DNA from: the human T2T-CHM13v2.0 reference genome, Homo sapiens
Length of the DNA: 64,000 bases
Reading direction: 5' to 3' (one strand)
NCBI RefSeq assembly: GCF_009914755.1
Contig: NC_060947.1
The position numbers and the translations under genes are program-made. Shown piece by piece: positions 35,895 through 53,038 of this stretch. A model generated the notes under the pieces. The model saw only the letters and a list, made by a program, of their open reading frames with translations, did no database searches and had not been told where the DNA came from. How positions within the stretch are numbered: position 1 is the stretch's first letter; each line of letters begins with the position of its first letter.

Positions 35895-36088
35895 GACATA
35901 GAGCGTGGAATAATAAACATTGGAGACTTGGAAAGGTGGGAGGAGGGTGAAGGATCAGAAATTGCTTAATGGGTACAATGTACACTATTTGGGTGATGGT
36001 TACACTGAAGGCCTGGACTTCACCACTGTGCAATATATCCATGTAACAAAACTGCACCTGTACCTCTTATATTTATACAAATAAAAAA
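35895..36088 (+). mobile_element. Old L1 (L1PB/L1MA) 3'UTR fragment
   Basis: 'gggtacaatgtacactatttgggtgatgg..catgtaacaaaactgcac' followed by AATAAA. Confidence 0.7.
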
Positions 36089-36567
36089 TTCCTTACAAGT
36101 CTGTGTACCACTTAAAACTATCTCATGTACCTGAAGAGGCATGTACACCACATTTTGGGTATTGCATCATATTACACTTTTAACCCATAGCCCACTCTTC
36201 ATCTCCAAAGTTCTGTTCAAACCCCTTTTCCCAAAAATCACATGGGCTATTAGTTTCTCTTCTGGAGTCAAGGAAAGAAAATATCTTTAGTGGAGTACCT
36301 AGACTGGTCAAAACCCAGTGATTAGGATAATACGTGCATTCCAATGGATGCTGGTAATATTTTGCGGTTGGAGGTGGGGGAGCAGTGCAGGAGAATCATT
36401 CATCATACAAACAGAGCCAATAAAAACATTATTCAAATATTTACAAATGTTTCACTTGTACTGCAACATGCTGCTGTCCTAGAAGGGAGCAAAACAGGCT
36501 TGGTCCACTCTACTTATTCAAATTATCTGCTTGGCTTTGTAGATCTTTTCAGGACATATCTGTACTG

Positions 36568-37080
36568 CCACGTTCATTGTGGCTTTATTCACAATGGCAA
36601 ACTCAGTGCTCATAGATGTATGAATTGATAAAAAGTTGTGACATCTATATCTGTATATAGACATAGACATATACACACACATTAAGATATTATTTGACCT
36701 TAGAAAAGAAGGGTATAATGCCATTATGACAATATGGATGAACCTGGAGGATAAACCTCCAGGTTTATTAAGTGAAATAAGCCAATAACAGAAAGAAAAA
36801 TGCTGTATCTCACTTATACGTAAGATCTAAGAAAAAAAGTCAAACACACAGAAATAGAGTAGAAGGGTGGTTAGCAGGTGTGGAGGGGGGGTGGCAGGAA
36901 ATGGGGAGATGTAAATTAAAGAATGCAAATTTGTAGTTTTGCAGGATAAATAAATTTAGAGATTTCTACAAGAGTAGAGCTGTAGTTAATAATATTGTAT
37001 TGTATGTTAAAAATTTGCTAAGAGAATAGATTTTATGTGCTCTCATCACACACACACACACACACGGACAAACACAAAGG
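36568..37080 (+). mobile_element. L1MA-type 3' fragment ending in (CA)n
   Basis: 'atggatgaacctggaggat..aagtgaaataagcc..aaaatttgctaagaga'. Confidence 0.7.
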
Positions 37081-37099
37081 TAATAAACTAATAACAGAC

Positions 37100-37495
37100 T
37101 AAACTGTGAGACTTCCAGAGCTTACTCGAACCAACCAATCAGAACTCACACACACAAAGGTAAGAGACTAATAACAGAACAAACTGTGAAACTTCCAGAG
37201 CTCACTTGAACCAACCAATCAGAGCTCACGGGCCTCAACCAACCAAGGCTCAACTGTCTCGACTAATCAGGGCTCAGTTCTATCATCCATCAAAACTAAA
37301 TGAGTCAGAATCCTTCATTTTGCACAAACCTACCTGAAAGGGAACCTGGGAAGGAAATTTTGCTATAAAACTTGAATTCTTCCTTTCTTCTTTGGAACAC
37401 ATCTTTATTTTACATCAAAGGCTGTGTCTCTGTGGTTTGCCAACTATAAAATGGAACCTAGTTGCTCTCTTACAAATTGCTTTACAGATAACTTT
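37100..37495 (+). mobile_element. MER76-like ERVL LTR fragment
   Basis: Repeated 'aaccaatcagagctc' units and a TATA-like box; related to the copies at 48306 and 52721. Confidence 0.65.
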
Positions 37496-37883
37496 TTTTT
37501 TTCAAAATGTCATTTACAGGTTCCTACATTATTATAAAAGGGTTATTTAATTTTATTTTTAAACAGTGAGTGGAATATTTAAGAAAACTGATGAAATATT
37601 GGGCTTTGAAGCAAATCAACAAATTTCAAGAATAGATTCACAAAGTTTATTTCCTTTCCACAGAGGTAAAAAACTACAAATCAATTATTTAAAAATGGAA
37701 AATCTCCAACTGCTTTGAGATAAAGCAATACATGTATATAATAATAAATCAACAAAAAGTACTAGGGCCATGAAGAAAACACAGTGGAAATTAGAAAACA
37801 TTAAAATAAATATTAACATTCAAGTTGCTTGAGCAAAAAGCAGTCATCCTAATTTTTTTTAATTGCCTACCTTTCTCCTGTTT

Positions 37884-44626
<6,743 letters not shown>

Positions 44627-45622
44627 CCTTTCTCCTGTTTTGAAATGATGCAAGAGGCTAAATGCATGTTCTGCTCCCAGCTCTGGATTCATGTCCTTAA
44701 ATCACCGTGATTAAAAACAAGCAATCTGACAGCCATAGCCAAAGAATTGAATCTGTTTCTAATCAACCTCAAGGCTGAATTGCACAAGTAAGATCTTAAT
44801 GCTTTAGTTCCAGCAACCGTCCCACATTTTGGGCCAATGGCTATGGTTTAGAGGCTGCAGGTCTCTCATTGGCTGTGCTAGCGGAGACTGGGACTTGGGC
44901 TGTTATCATTGGGCAGTCCCACCATCCATGCATGATTGCACACCTTAAATTTTTATTCTAAACCTTGAAAGATTACAGGCTTGAAACGAGAAGAACTGGA
45001 TAAACGTGAATGAAATGGAATAGTAATTTGAGACTCTAAAAGCATGAAAAAGAAATGGTTGCTTGAAACAGAAATTGTTTCTTGAAAACTCGATTTACCT
45101 ATTTCTGTTTCCATCTTCCTGATAAATATAAACTATTACCCTAAGATAAGTCGACAAGTTTGATTGCTAATTTCATGATTCTCATATGTGCTTTTATACT
45201 TTATATTTTGCATACAATGCAAAAAAAAATCCCTCTGGATAATGATACTGTGTAAGTGTGGAGGACTGACAGAGACTAAGGTGAATGACTTTATTATGAA
45301 AACAATTGTGACCTGACTGATCCTAATAAAGGGTGATTTAGAAATATAACTTACAGAAATGACCATGCATGTAGTAAAGAGATTAAATGAAAAATCACTA
45401 AATGGAATGAATTATTTTCCAAGGAAAAACTGCACCACATATATAGACTGAAGCAGAGTTGATAATGTTTAGTTCTCGGGGAAAGAATGCATGAAAAATC
45501 GTCAGGATGCCACAGGCCACCTGCCTCCTCGACAGTCCCCAAATCAAAAGGGTGCCACCCACCCCCACCCTCCAGCAGGTCCCTCCCTTGGTGGGCTACA
45601 GGTTTTTCAAGCCAAGTGCGGT

Positions 45623-45638
45623 GGCTCTGAAAAGAGCT
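45623..45638 (-). terminator. Histone 3' stem-loop with one mismatch, plus a degenerate HDE at 45598-45608
   Basis: CCCAAA-AGCTCT TTTC AGAGCC-ACC versus consensus GGCTCTTTTCAGAGCC; downstream GAAAAACCTGT resembles AAAGAGCTGT. Confidence 0.85.
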
Positions 45639-45673
45639 TTTGGGTTTTGGTGCTCAGGCGCTCCTGAGGCAGC

Positions 45674-46075
45674 TCACTTGCTCCTGGTGTAGTGGAGCAG
45701 AGTCTTGGAGCCCCTGGATATGGCGTGCTTGCCCATCTGCCCCGGGAACATCAGGCGAATGGTGGTCTGCATCTCGCAGGAGGTGATGGTGGTGCACTTG
45801 GTATAGTGGGCCAAGTGGCCGGCCTTGGTGGCGATGTGCTCCAAGATGTCGTGAACGAAGGAATCTATGACATCCACTGCCTCGGGGGAAAGGCTGAGGC
45901 CCGCGTGAACCTGCTTCAGCACCCGGGGAAAATAGGTGGTGAAGCTGTCCCTGCAGCGGCTGGGGTGAGAGTGCCCATGCCTCTTCTGCTTGTGGGCCAT
46001 CGTGGCATTGGCCGCTTTGGGCTCCTTGGTGCTCAGGCCTTTGTTGGAGGTCATCTCAGAGGAAGGCTCAGCCAT
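45674..46075 (-). CDS. Intronless histone H2B.W-family (H2BFWT/H2BFM-like) ORF, 133 aa; gene or open-frame pseudogene
   Basis: MAEPSSE..EPK.AN..DSFTTYFPRVLKQVHAGLSLSPEAVDVIDSFVHDILEHIATKAG..PGQMGK matches H2B.W; Kozak CCAAGATGG; ends HYTRSK*. Confidence 0.75.
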   Translation of the reverse strand: MAEPSSEMTSNKGLSTKEPKAANATMAHKQKRHGHSHPSRCRDSFTTYFPRVLKQVHAGLSLSPEAVDVIDSFVHDILEHIATKAGHLAHYTKCTTITSCEMQTTIRLMFPGQMGKHAISRGSKTLLHYTRSK

Positions 46076-46136
46076 CTTGGAGGCAGCTGCCAGTGGATAG
46101 GAGGAACAGATAAGCTGCTGATCACCAGTGGGAGGG

Positions 46137-46190
46137 CCTTTTGTAGTCACCACATGGCTGACATTGTGGGCCAACTTGAGGTCTGATTGG
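46137..46190 (-). promoter_or_regulatory. Histone-type promoter relic: CCAAT box (46186-46190) and TATA-like TACAAAAGG (46137-46145)
   Basis: Motifs lie ~60-115 bp upstream of the ATG with histone-gene spacing; the TATA box has a T>C change. Confidence 0.55.
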
Positions 46191-46788
46191 ATGAAGTGAC
46201 ACACAGCGCAGCGTTCAAGGTGATTTGGATGGTCCTGTTGCTTGGCATCTTATCAACCAGTCACGGTGGGCGTTGGCCGACCTAAACACCTTGTCTCTTT
46301 GCCTCCCTCAGAAAAAGTTACACAGATAGATGCCCCACAGGGCAGAAAGCTCATCCGCCCCCCACCTCAGCTGATCCATGTCACACATGAGCACTTTGAA
46401 GGGTGTCACTGAAAACTCCCAAAGAGGCAATTTCATCTCGTGCTCCTTGAAGAGAGCCTGACCTCCAGAGCCCAAGTCCATTATGCCAGAGGAATGACTA
46501 TGGCCCCATGTGAACCATTTCTCACCCATCTCAGAATCTACTCTTATCCTGGGCTAAGCCACCCTGGCTTGAGCAGGATCTCCCTGACACGGCAGCCAAG
46601 GGCTCCTGGGCATAAAAGAACCTGGCTGTTTGGCTCCTGTCCTCAGTTCTGATCAACCCCTTCAGTGAATGGGGATAAGGAACAATGACAAAGCCACAGT
46701 CTCCAAGCAGACAACACAAAAAGAAAAGAGCTTTGATTAAAAAAAATTAGAAATACTCAACATTTACCAAGACCAAAACTGCATTCTT

Positions 46789-47038
46789 TTTTTTTTCAGG
46801 TAAGTATGCATTTATTGATTTATTTATTTATTTTATTATACTTTAAGTTTTAGGGTACTTGTGCACAACGTGCAGGTTTGTTACATATGTATACATGTGC
46901 CATGTTGGTGTGCTGCATCCATTAACTTGTCATTTAACATTAGGTATATGTCCTAATGCTATCCCTCCCCCCTCTCCCCACCCCAAAAGAGGCCCCGGTG
47001 TGTGATGTTCCTCTTCCTGTGTCCATGTGTTCTCATTT
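46789..47038 (-). mobile_element. Short L1PA5-like 3' end
   Basis: TSD AAAACTGCATTCTT (46775-46788 / 47039-47052). Confidence 0.9.
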
Positions 47039-47787
47039 AAAACTGCATTCTTAACAATACTTAGATGCTTTTTTAAAAAGTGCTCTAAATGTTAGAATCC
47101 ACAAATAGACATAACAGCTACAGTATTTTTAAAATTCCTAAATTCTTTAAAAAATTGATTCTCAAGGCAACCTTCTTAGGGAGGAAAAATGTATCGATAA
47201 AATGGAAACATTTCAACATTCAAAGGATTTATGATATTACATGCAAAACATTTCTCAAATATGTCTACCTCAGAATAAGTTGTAGCAATTGAACCAAAGA
47301 CAGGACTTACGAACTTGAGTATTAAGTGTAATGGAAGTAATTGAGCATGCCAATGACGTGTCATTCAAAATGGCCAGTCTTGGCAAGGTTGCTCCCTGTC
47401 AGACCGTTCAGGTAAAGCAAATCCTCCTGGTAATACAATGAAGTTAGTAAAATGGTCCCAGATTACAATGGGGGAAAAAAGTCTTTTTTACCTAAAAAGG
47501 TATAACATGGCAAGAAAACCAGTGAGGTAAGCACACACACATAAACTTCTAAACAGTCCTTTCTACAAATTGGGGTACACAAATCCTACTTGAAATTGTA
47601 GCAATCAAATCCTGCTCTTCATTGGATGGAGGAGGCAAGGGTCATGTCCATATATTCCCTGAATTAATATTCTCAAATCGCCATCATTAAAACACGCAAG
47701 CAAACAAATAAATAGCACACAAACACACCAATTTCCTCCTCTATGCCCCAGCAGGAACAGCCCAGATAGGGTCTTCTTGGTTCATCC

Positions 47788-48218
47788 TGTGTCTTGAACC
47801 ATTTTGTGTCACTATAACAGAATGTCCGAGGCTATGTAACTTATAAGGGAAAGCAGTTTATTTAGTGGATGGTTCTGTAGGCTGGGAAGCACAGGGAAAT
47901 GGCCCTGGCTCCTGTGAGGGCTTCCGTGCTGCCTCATAATATAGCAGATAAGGTAAAACAGGAAGAGGACAGGTGTAAAGAGAACCCAAGAGATGTCCTG
48001 GCTTTGTAACACCCTCTCTAGAGGGGAGGAAACTAACGCATTCCCAAGAGAATGAATCCAGTTTCTCCAGAGTGAGAGCTAAGTCATTACTGGAAGAATG
48101 GCACCAAGCCAGTCATGAGAGATCTGCCCCTCATGATCTGCCCACATCAGCTGCATTGGGGATCACACTTCAACATGTTTTTGGGTGGGGACAAACAAAT
48201 CATATCCAAACCGAGGCA
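47788..48218. mobile_element. MaLR LTR (MLT1A/MST-like)
   Basis: 'tgtgtcttg..ctataacagaat..ttctgtaggctgggaag..gggacaaac..catatccaaacc'. Confidence 0.7.
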
Positions 48219-48305
48219 TCCTGGGTCACCTCTGTACACTTTTGGCCAGTGACTGTGGCTCAGAGACTGTAATTCCGTCATTGGCTGAGCCAGTGGAGAC
48301 AGGAG

Positions 48306-48783
48306 TGTGAACAAAAGTTCTCTGAAAAGGAATTTGGAGGACAGAACACTTGTGCCAGTGAATACTTGGCAACCCTGGGAGAGGCTGTCTTGGGTGTGAA
48401 AACAATTGCATTGAAGGGAGTGGTAGGATTTAATAGTGAGTGGTAGGGTTTAAAGTTCATTCCCTCTGAACTCCCTAATAAAGCCCATTTATGCAAATGA
48501 AGGATTGAAATCACTGAGTTCTGATAGGCCTGCACAGCTGAGCTCTGATTGGTCAATGATGCTGATCCCTGATTTGTTGATAGAGCCTAGCTCTGATTGG
48601 CTGGTTCTGGTGTGCTCTGGAAGCCCCAAAGTTGAACAGAGGTGTGAGTTTTCTGGGAACTCAGAGTACATGTGTGACCTCTAGTCAGCAAATGGCCGCT
48701 TGGCTCCATTTGAATTTAGGTCCAGTTAGCCACTTGTGATCCATCTTAAAGGATTGGCTCTTTGACATTCAAATATGTTTCCA
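48306..48783 (-). mobile_element. MER76-like solo LTR (ERVL)
   Basis: Minus strand 'aaagagccaatcctttaagatggatc..gccatttgctgactagaggtcac', repeated CCAAT units, ends 'cagagaacttttgttcaca'. Confidence 0.8.
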
Positions 48784-49084
48784 GGGGCGTGAGCTGCTGT
48801 CATTGGATTCTCCCATCATCTGAGTGATGCATAGTAGCTTTATTTAGTCTTATCTAGTTTCTTTAGTCACCAAAATAAGTTTTGTCAGTATGAGAACGGT
48901 TCTGCACATTCTCTGATTTTTTTGTTACTCCTGTTTGCTAATGTAGCCCATTACCATTCCTTCTTGCATCTCAGATTATCTTTTTGTGATCACTTTCCAT
49001 CCGCCTAAAGTATGTTCTTCCTGCGTTCTTTGAAGGTGAAGTTCACTGGTGTAAATACTGCTACTTTACTAGTTAGAAATGTCT

Positions 49085-49515
49085 TTTCAGATTGGGATCC
49101 ACAGGAAACAGACTCTGAGATGGATTTTAGTGTGCATGACATTTACTTAGAATTAACCCCTGAGGAATGGAAGGGAGGGAAGCAGGAGTGGGCACAGAGA
49201 GAAGTGCATCCATACTGCAGGCCCAACCAAAGCCTCTTCGGATCCCAAGGGGAGCTCTGAAGGTAAAAATGGCCCATCAGAATCATTCCACCTTGGGCAG
49301 AGCAAGCCAGATGTTTGTGCCTCCTCTTGGATCAGTCCTTGGATGTGGTCAGTCTCTGCAAGTGCGTGACCTTGGGCAAGGCAGCTCCCGCAGCTCGGGT
49401 CATACCTGAAGGAACTGATGGCTGATGACTGGCATCCAACTGCTGTCCCAGCAGCTGAAGCAGAAAATCTGTCCTTGAAGGGGGTTTGGGGCGATCTACC
49501 TGCATGTCTGTCACA
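49085..49515. mobile_element. Old MLT1-type LTR
   Basis: 'caggaaacagactctgagatgg..aagcaggagtgggcacag'. Confidence 0.55.
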
Positions 49516-50490
49516 GCTTACTTCTTAAATGATGTTTGGCTAGGAATGCAACTCTAGCATGACAGCTATTTTTTCCTTTTTGGCCTCCATTTGTTGATGT
49601 ATAGATACCTGCTGTCTATTTTGTACTCGTTTATAGGCAATGTATCTATTTTATGCTATTATGATATTTGTTTATCATTATGCTGTAGCTTTACTATGAT
49701 GTGTCCAGGTGTGCTTCCTAAGTTTAGTGAATCATTTATCTCCCTAATTTTGGATACTTACCAGCCATTCATTTATTTACAAGTTTCTTTTCTATATTTC
49801 AGGAATCCTACTTGGATACACTTTGAAACAAGAGCAAACCAAAACACAATATACTTCAAATAGTTTGTTGAATATACAAACTATGATAGTTCAAATCTGA
49901 AAACTGGTACTTTTCCTCTTAAACTTCAACTAAGTAAAAAAGAAAAGAAAGAAAACTCCAGGTATTAGAGCTACCTGACAAAAACTGATGCTGAACCTGA
50001 TCTTCCAAGTGACAGTGGAACTGAAACTGATGTGTCTGCACAGATGCCAGGGCTACATGGGTGGCACAAGTATGTTATAGCAAAAGAACAGGAACCAACT
50101 GTTAATTTGTCCACAATTAGGGAGCTAGTTGACTTTACCATATAAAATGTTTCATATGAATTCTACAACAATACTGTGTTATGTACAAGATTTTAAAAAT
50201 TTTTTTGTTTTAATGGAAAAGCTTTACACAAACAAGCCATTAGCTCATTTCAAGAAAAAAAACCCTAAAAATTAGTTTAAGGCCTTTGTTTTAAATCAAC
50301 TTAAGCCATATGATACATATTTTTTTTATTTGCAGTGGATCTTTTCTCCTTCTTTCTTTCTTTCTTTCTCTTTTGTGCTTTCCACTTTCTGAAGCTTTTG
50401 GATCCATTCTTCAATTCACATTCTAAAATACTTGTACTGGGTGAAAATGCATAGTACAAAAGTTGGTAATTTCCCCCATTATCTTTGTGG

Positions 50491-50806
50491 CCTATAAAAC
50501 TAGAAATTGATGAAGAAAAAAAAAACCCTGCTGATCAAGTTTGAACCCTCCTACAGAAACGATCTGAACAACTGGGTGGCAGAAGAAATTCTAGCAATTA
50601 AGTATGTGGAACACCCTCAGTAGACAGCCTGGACCTGCATGGATGAGTGCATTACCCCAACCTCAGCTTTGAGATGATGGAGCTGGATTTTGGCTGCATC
50701 CTGAACAATACTGAGGTCATTCGCTAGGTTACCATCACCAACTGCAGCCCCTTGGTGGTGAAGTTCCGCTGGTTCTTCTTGGTGAATTATGAGGAAAATC
50801 AGATAA
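50491..50806 (+). pseudogene. HYDIN internal coding fragment (pseudogenic)
   Basis: Translates, with frameshifts and stops, to PIKLEIDEEK..LLIKFEPSYRNDLNNWVAEEILAIKYVEHPQ..DSLDL..VHYPNLSFE..LDFGCILN..VTITNCSPLVVKFRWFFLVN..ENQI, recognised as HYDIN. Confidence 0.8.
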
Positions 50807-51618
50807 TGTAGCACCGGCATAGAACTCCCACAGGACTCTGCTGTTCATTTATTTTCTCTTTCAGGCTTTTCACTAGGTTTTCTGTATTCTGTGTACTCGT
50901 CATTCATGAATATTTTCATTTTTGACAACTAATTACTGAGAAAATTAATAGGGGGATTAAAATCATGACTCATTCTAGATTTCCTAACAGGAAACCTAGA
51001 TAAAGCATCTTTGAAAGTCCCAATCACCACCGAATTAAGAAAACAATATCCATAAGCCCATTTTAATTTTGAATCTAGTGATAAGATCATTAGAATTTCA
51101 TCATTAAAAAATAAAGTCTTTGTAGAGTTTTTTAAAAAACACCTGTATTAGCAGAGCCTTCACATAGCACAAGTTAAGTGAGTAGTGTGAGAACACAGTA
51201 ATACTTGCTAATATGCATATAAAATGCATTAAAAGTTGCTATGTGTAACAATGAGATCACCTATCCCAACCCCTCCCCACTGAAAACTGTATAACCTCTT
51301 GCAGAATGTCAGTGTTTCAAATCTTAGCATAACTTGAGATAGTAGTGTGCTGCCTGGTCCCTTTCAATCCTTTTTCTTATTGAAGGGTTCAGTTGTTTTC
51401 CTACTGTAAGAGGGAGGTTTCTGTCAGCATCTCAATGCATGTAGTTCATTTCTCATTGACACATGGGATAGATAATTTATTTCCAGTAAGTTTCATTGTT
51501 TTCTTATATGCATTAAAATGTTTTAAAGTCTTCTTTGACTTTTCTTGATGACTTCCCTTGCAAGTGTTTATGTCAGTACTACCACTCACAGTCTGAAATC
51601 TATGGTGGGCCTGTCATT

Positions 51619-52724
51619 TTATTTCTCACATGTCAATAGTATTTCTGTTCTTATAGTTAGTTACTCGAAAGGCAATAGCAGAAGTCTCACTGACAACCGC
51701 TACTTGGGTCACTGTCTTATTTCATCTGCTGGTTTCTCTTCTACCAGTTGCAGTCTCCACATCATCTTTCTACTGGTTTTCCATGGATTCTGATTCAACC
51801 TTTTATGACTGCACTGACAACTTCAAGAAGAGTCTGGCCAGATGCCTGTTGAGTAGGCAGTGATAGTCCCATTAAAGGTGTACCATGCACTATTGAAACA
51901 GTGGTAAGTGCTCTCACAGCCGGGGGTTTCCAACGATGTTAATGATTTAGTCAGACTTGACTTCGTCTGCTACTTACACTGTGCAGACTTGGATGTGTAG
52001 CAGGGATGGTAATGAGTTTGGCAGGCTGAATGGTGATTTTGTCTCCGTTTTCAGTAGAAGCTGGCATCCCAGTAGGGTTTGCCTGAATGAACCTTTGGTG
52101 AGGCTGCTGCTGTCGGACTAGTGGTAGTTATTAATGGTGCACCTACATTAACTGACTCAACCGCCATAGTTGAAATTTTCTGATGTCATGACAGCAGGTA
52201 CTTGCATTGCCACACATACTGTCCTTGGAGCTGCTGCTGTTGCTGATACAGATTTGGTAGTAGTAGGAGACCTGGAGGAAACATGGTGACCAGGGGAAAT
52301 GATATTCACAACTCCAGATACACCCTTCTCTGCTCTGGAGAAGTTTATAGGATATGAGTTATTTCCACCACGGACAGAAGTTGCTGCTTTTAGGACACTC
52401 TCTGCAGACGGTGACACTGGTTTTAATGACTTGCATCAGAAGCTGCTGCTAAACCTTCATTACAAGTCTGGCGTTTGTCATTATCTATGACCAATCTGTT
52501 TGAGGGCATATCCTTGCACTGATATACAAGCCTCTGTCCTTCAGCCTTTGCAAGAATTTCCCTATGGTAGTAGGATCTCAAAGCACATCCCCTGGCTTCA
52601 TAATTCATGTCTGGCTTGTTCTTATACTTTTCCCAAAGCTTACAGATTAGTGTTTGAATACAGAGGCTTAAATATGCCTTTTTCTCCCTGAGCCCATGTA
52701 ATATACCTGGACAAATATTTTTCA
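51619..52724 (-). pseudogene. ELF2P1: ELF2 processed pseudogene, 5'-truncated within the ETS domain; 3'UTR probably continues leftward
   Basis: KLWEKYKNKPDMNYE..ALRSYY..ILAKAEGQRLVYQ (ETS); SAESVLKAA..SRAEKGV..PRTVCVAMQVP; ends TCEK* at 51619; intronless and frameshifted. Symbol is from locus recall. Confidence 0.8.
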
Positions 52725-53038
52725 ACATTGAGGCTTTGCCAGAGTACACCAGAACCAGACAGTCAGAGCTAGGCTCTATCAACCAATCAGGGCTCAGTGG
52801 CATTGGCCAATCAGAGCTCAGTTGTGCAGGCCAATCAGAGCTCAGCAATTTCAATCCTTCGTTTGCATAAATGGACTTTATTAGGAAGTTCGGAGGGACT
52901 GTTCACATTAAACCCTACCACTCCCTTCAGTGTCATTGGTTTCATAGCCAAAGCAGCCTCTCCAGGGATTGCCAAGTGTTCACTGGCACAACAAGAGCTC
53001 TGTCCTCCAAATTCCTTTTCAGAGAACTTTTGTTCACA
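52721..53038 (+). mobile_element. MER76-like LTR 3' part; inverted duplicate of 48306-48637
   Basis: Reverse-complement match to the 48.3-48.6 kb copy, including the non-LTR flank 53039-53107. Confidence 0.8.

Noticed and set aside
44822-44893. Third copy of the 48237-48305 flank as part of the duplication
   Set aside because: Short and diverged, and resembles a generic old MLT1 motif; cannot be distinguished from an independent insertion
45692-46186. 164-aa + strand ORF
   Set aside because: Antisense shadow of the GC-rich histone coding sequence
45674-46204. 176-aa version of the histone ORF from the ORF track
   Set aside because: It starts at a non-ATG codon upstream of the TATA-like box; homology and Kozak context support the ATG at 46075
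52770-52845. Repeated CCAATCAGAGCTC units as a CRISPR-like or novel array
   Set aside because: Native CCAAT repeats of MER76-like LTRs; eukaryotic context and no spacers
52423-52854. 143-aa ETS-like ORF as a functional LTR-ELF2 fusion gene
   Set aside because: N-terminus is antisense LTR sequence; the ETS region is frameshifted, lacks helix 1, and a DNA-contacting Arg is lost (GRALRYY>GCALRSY)
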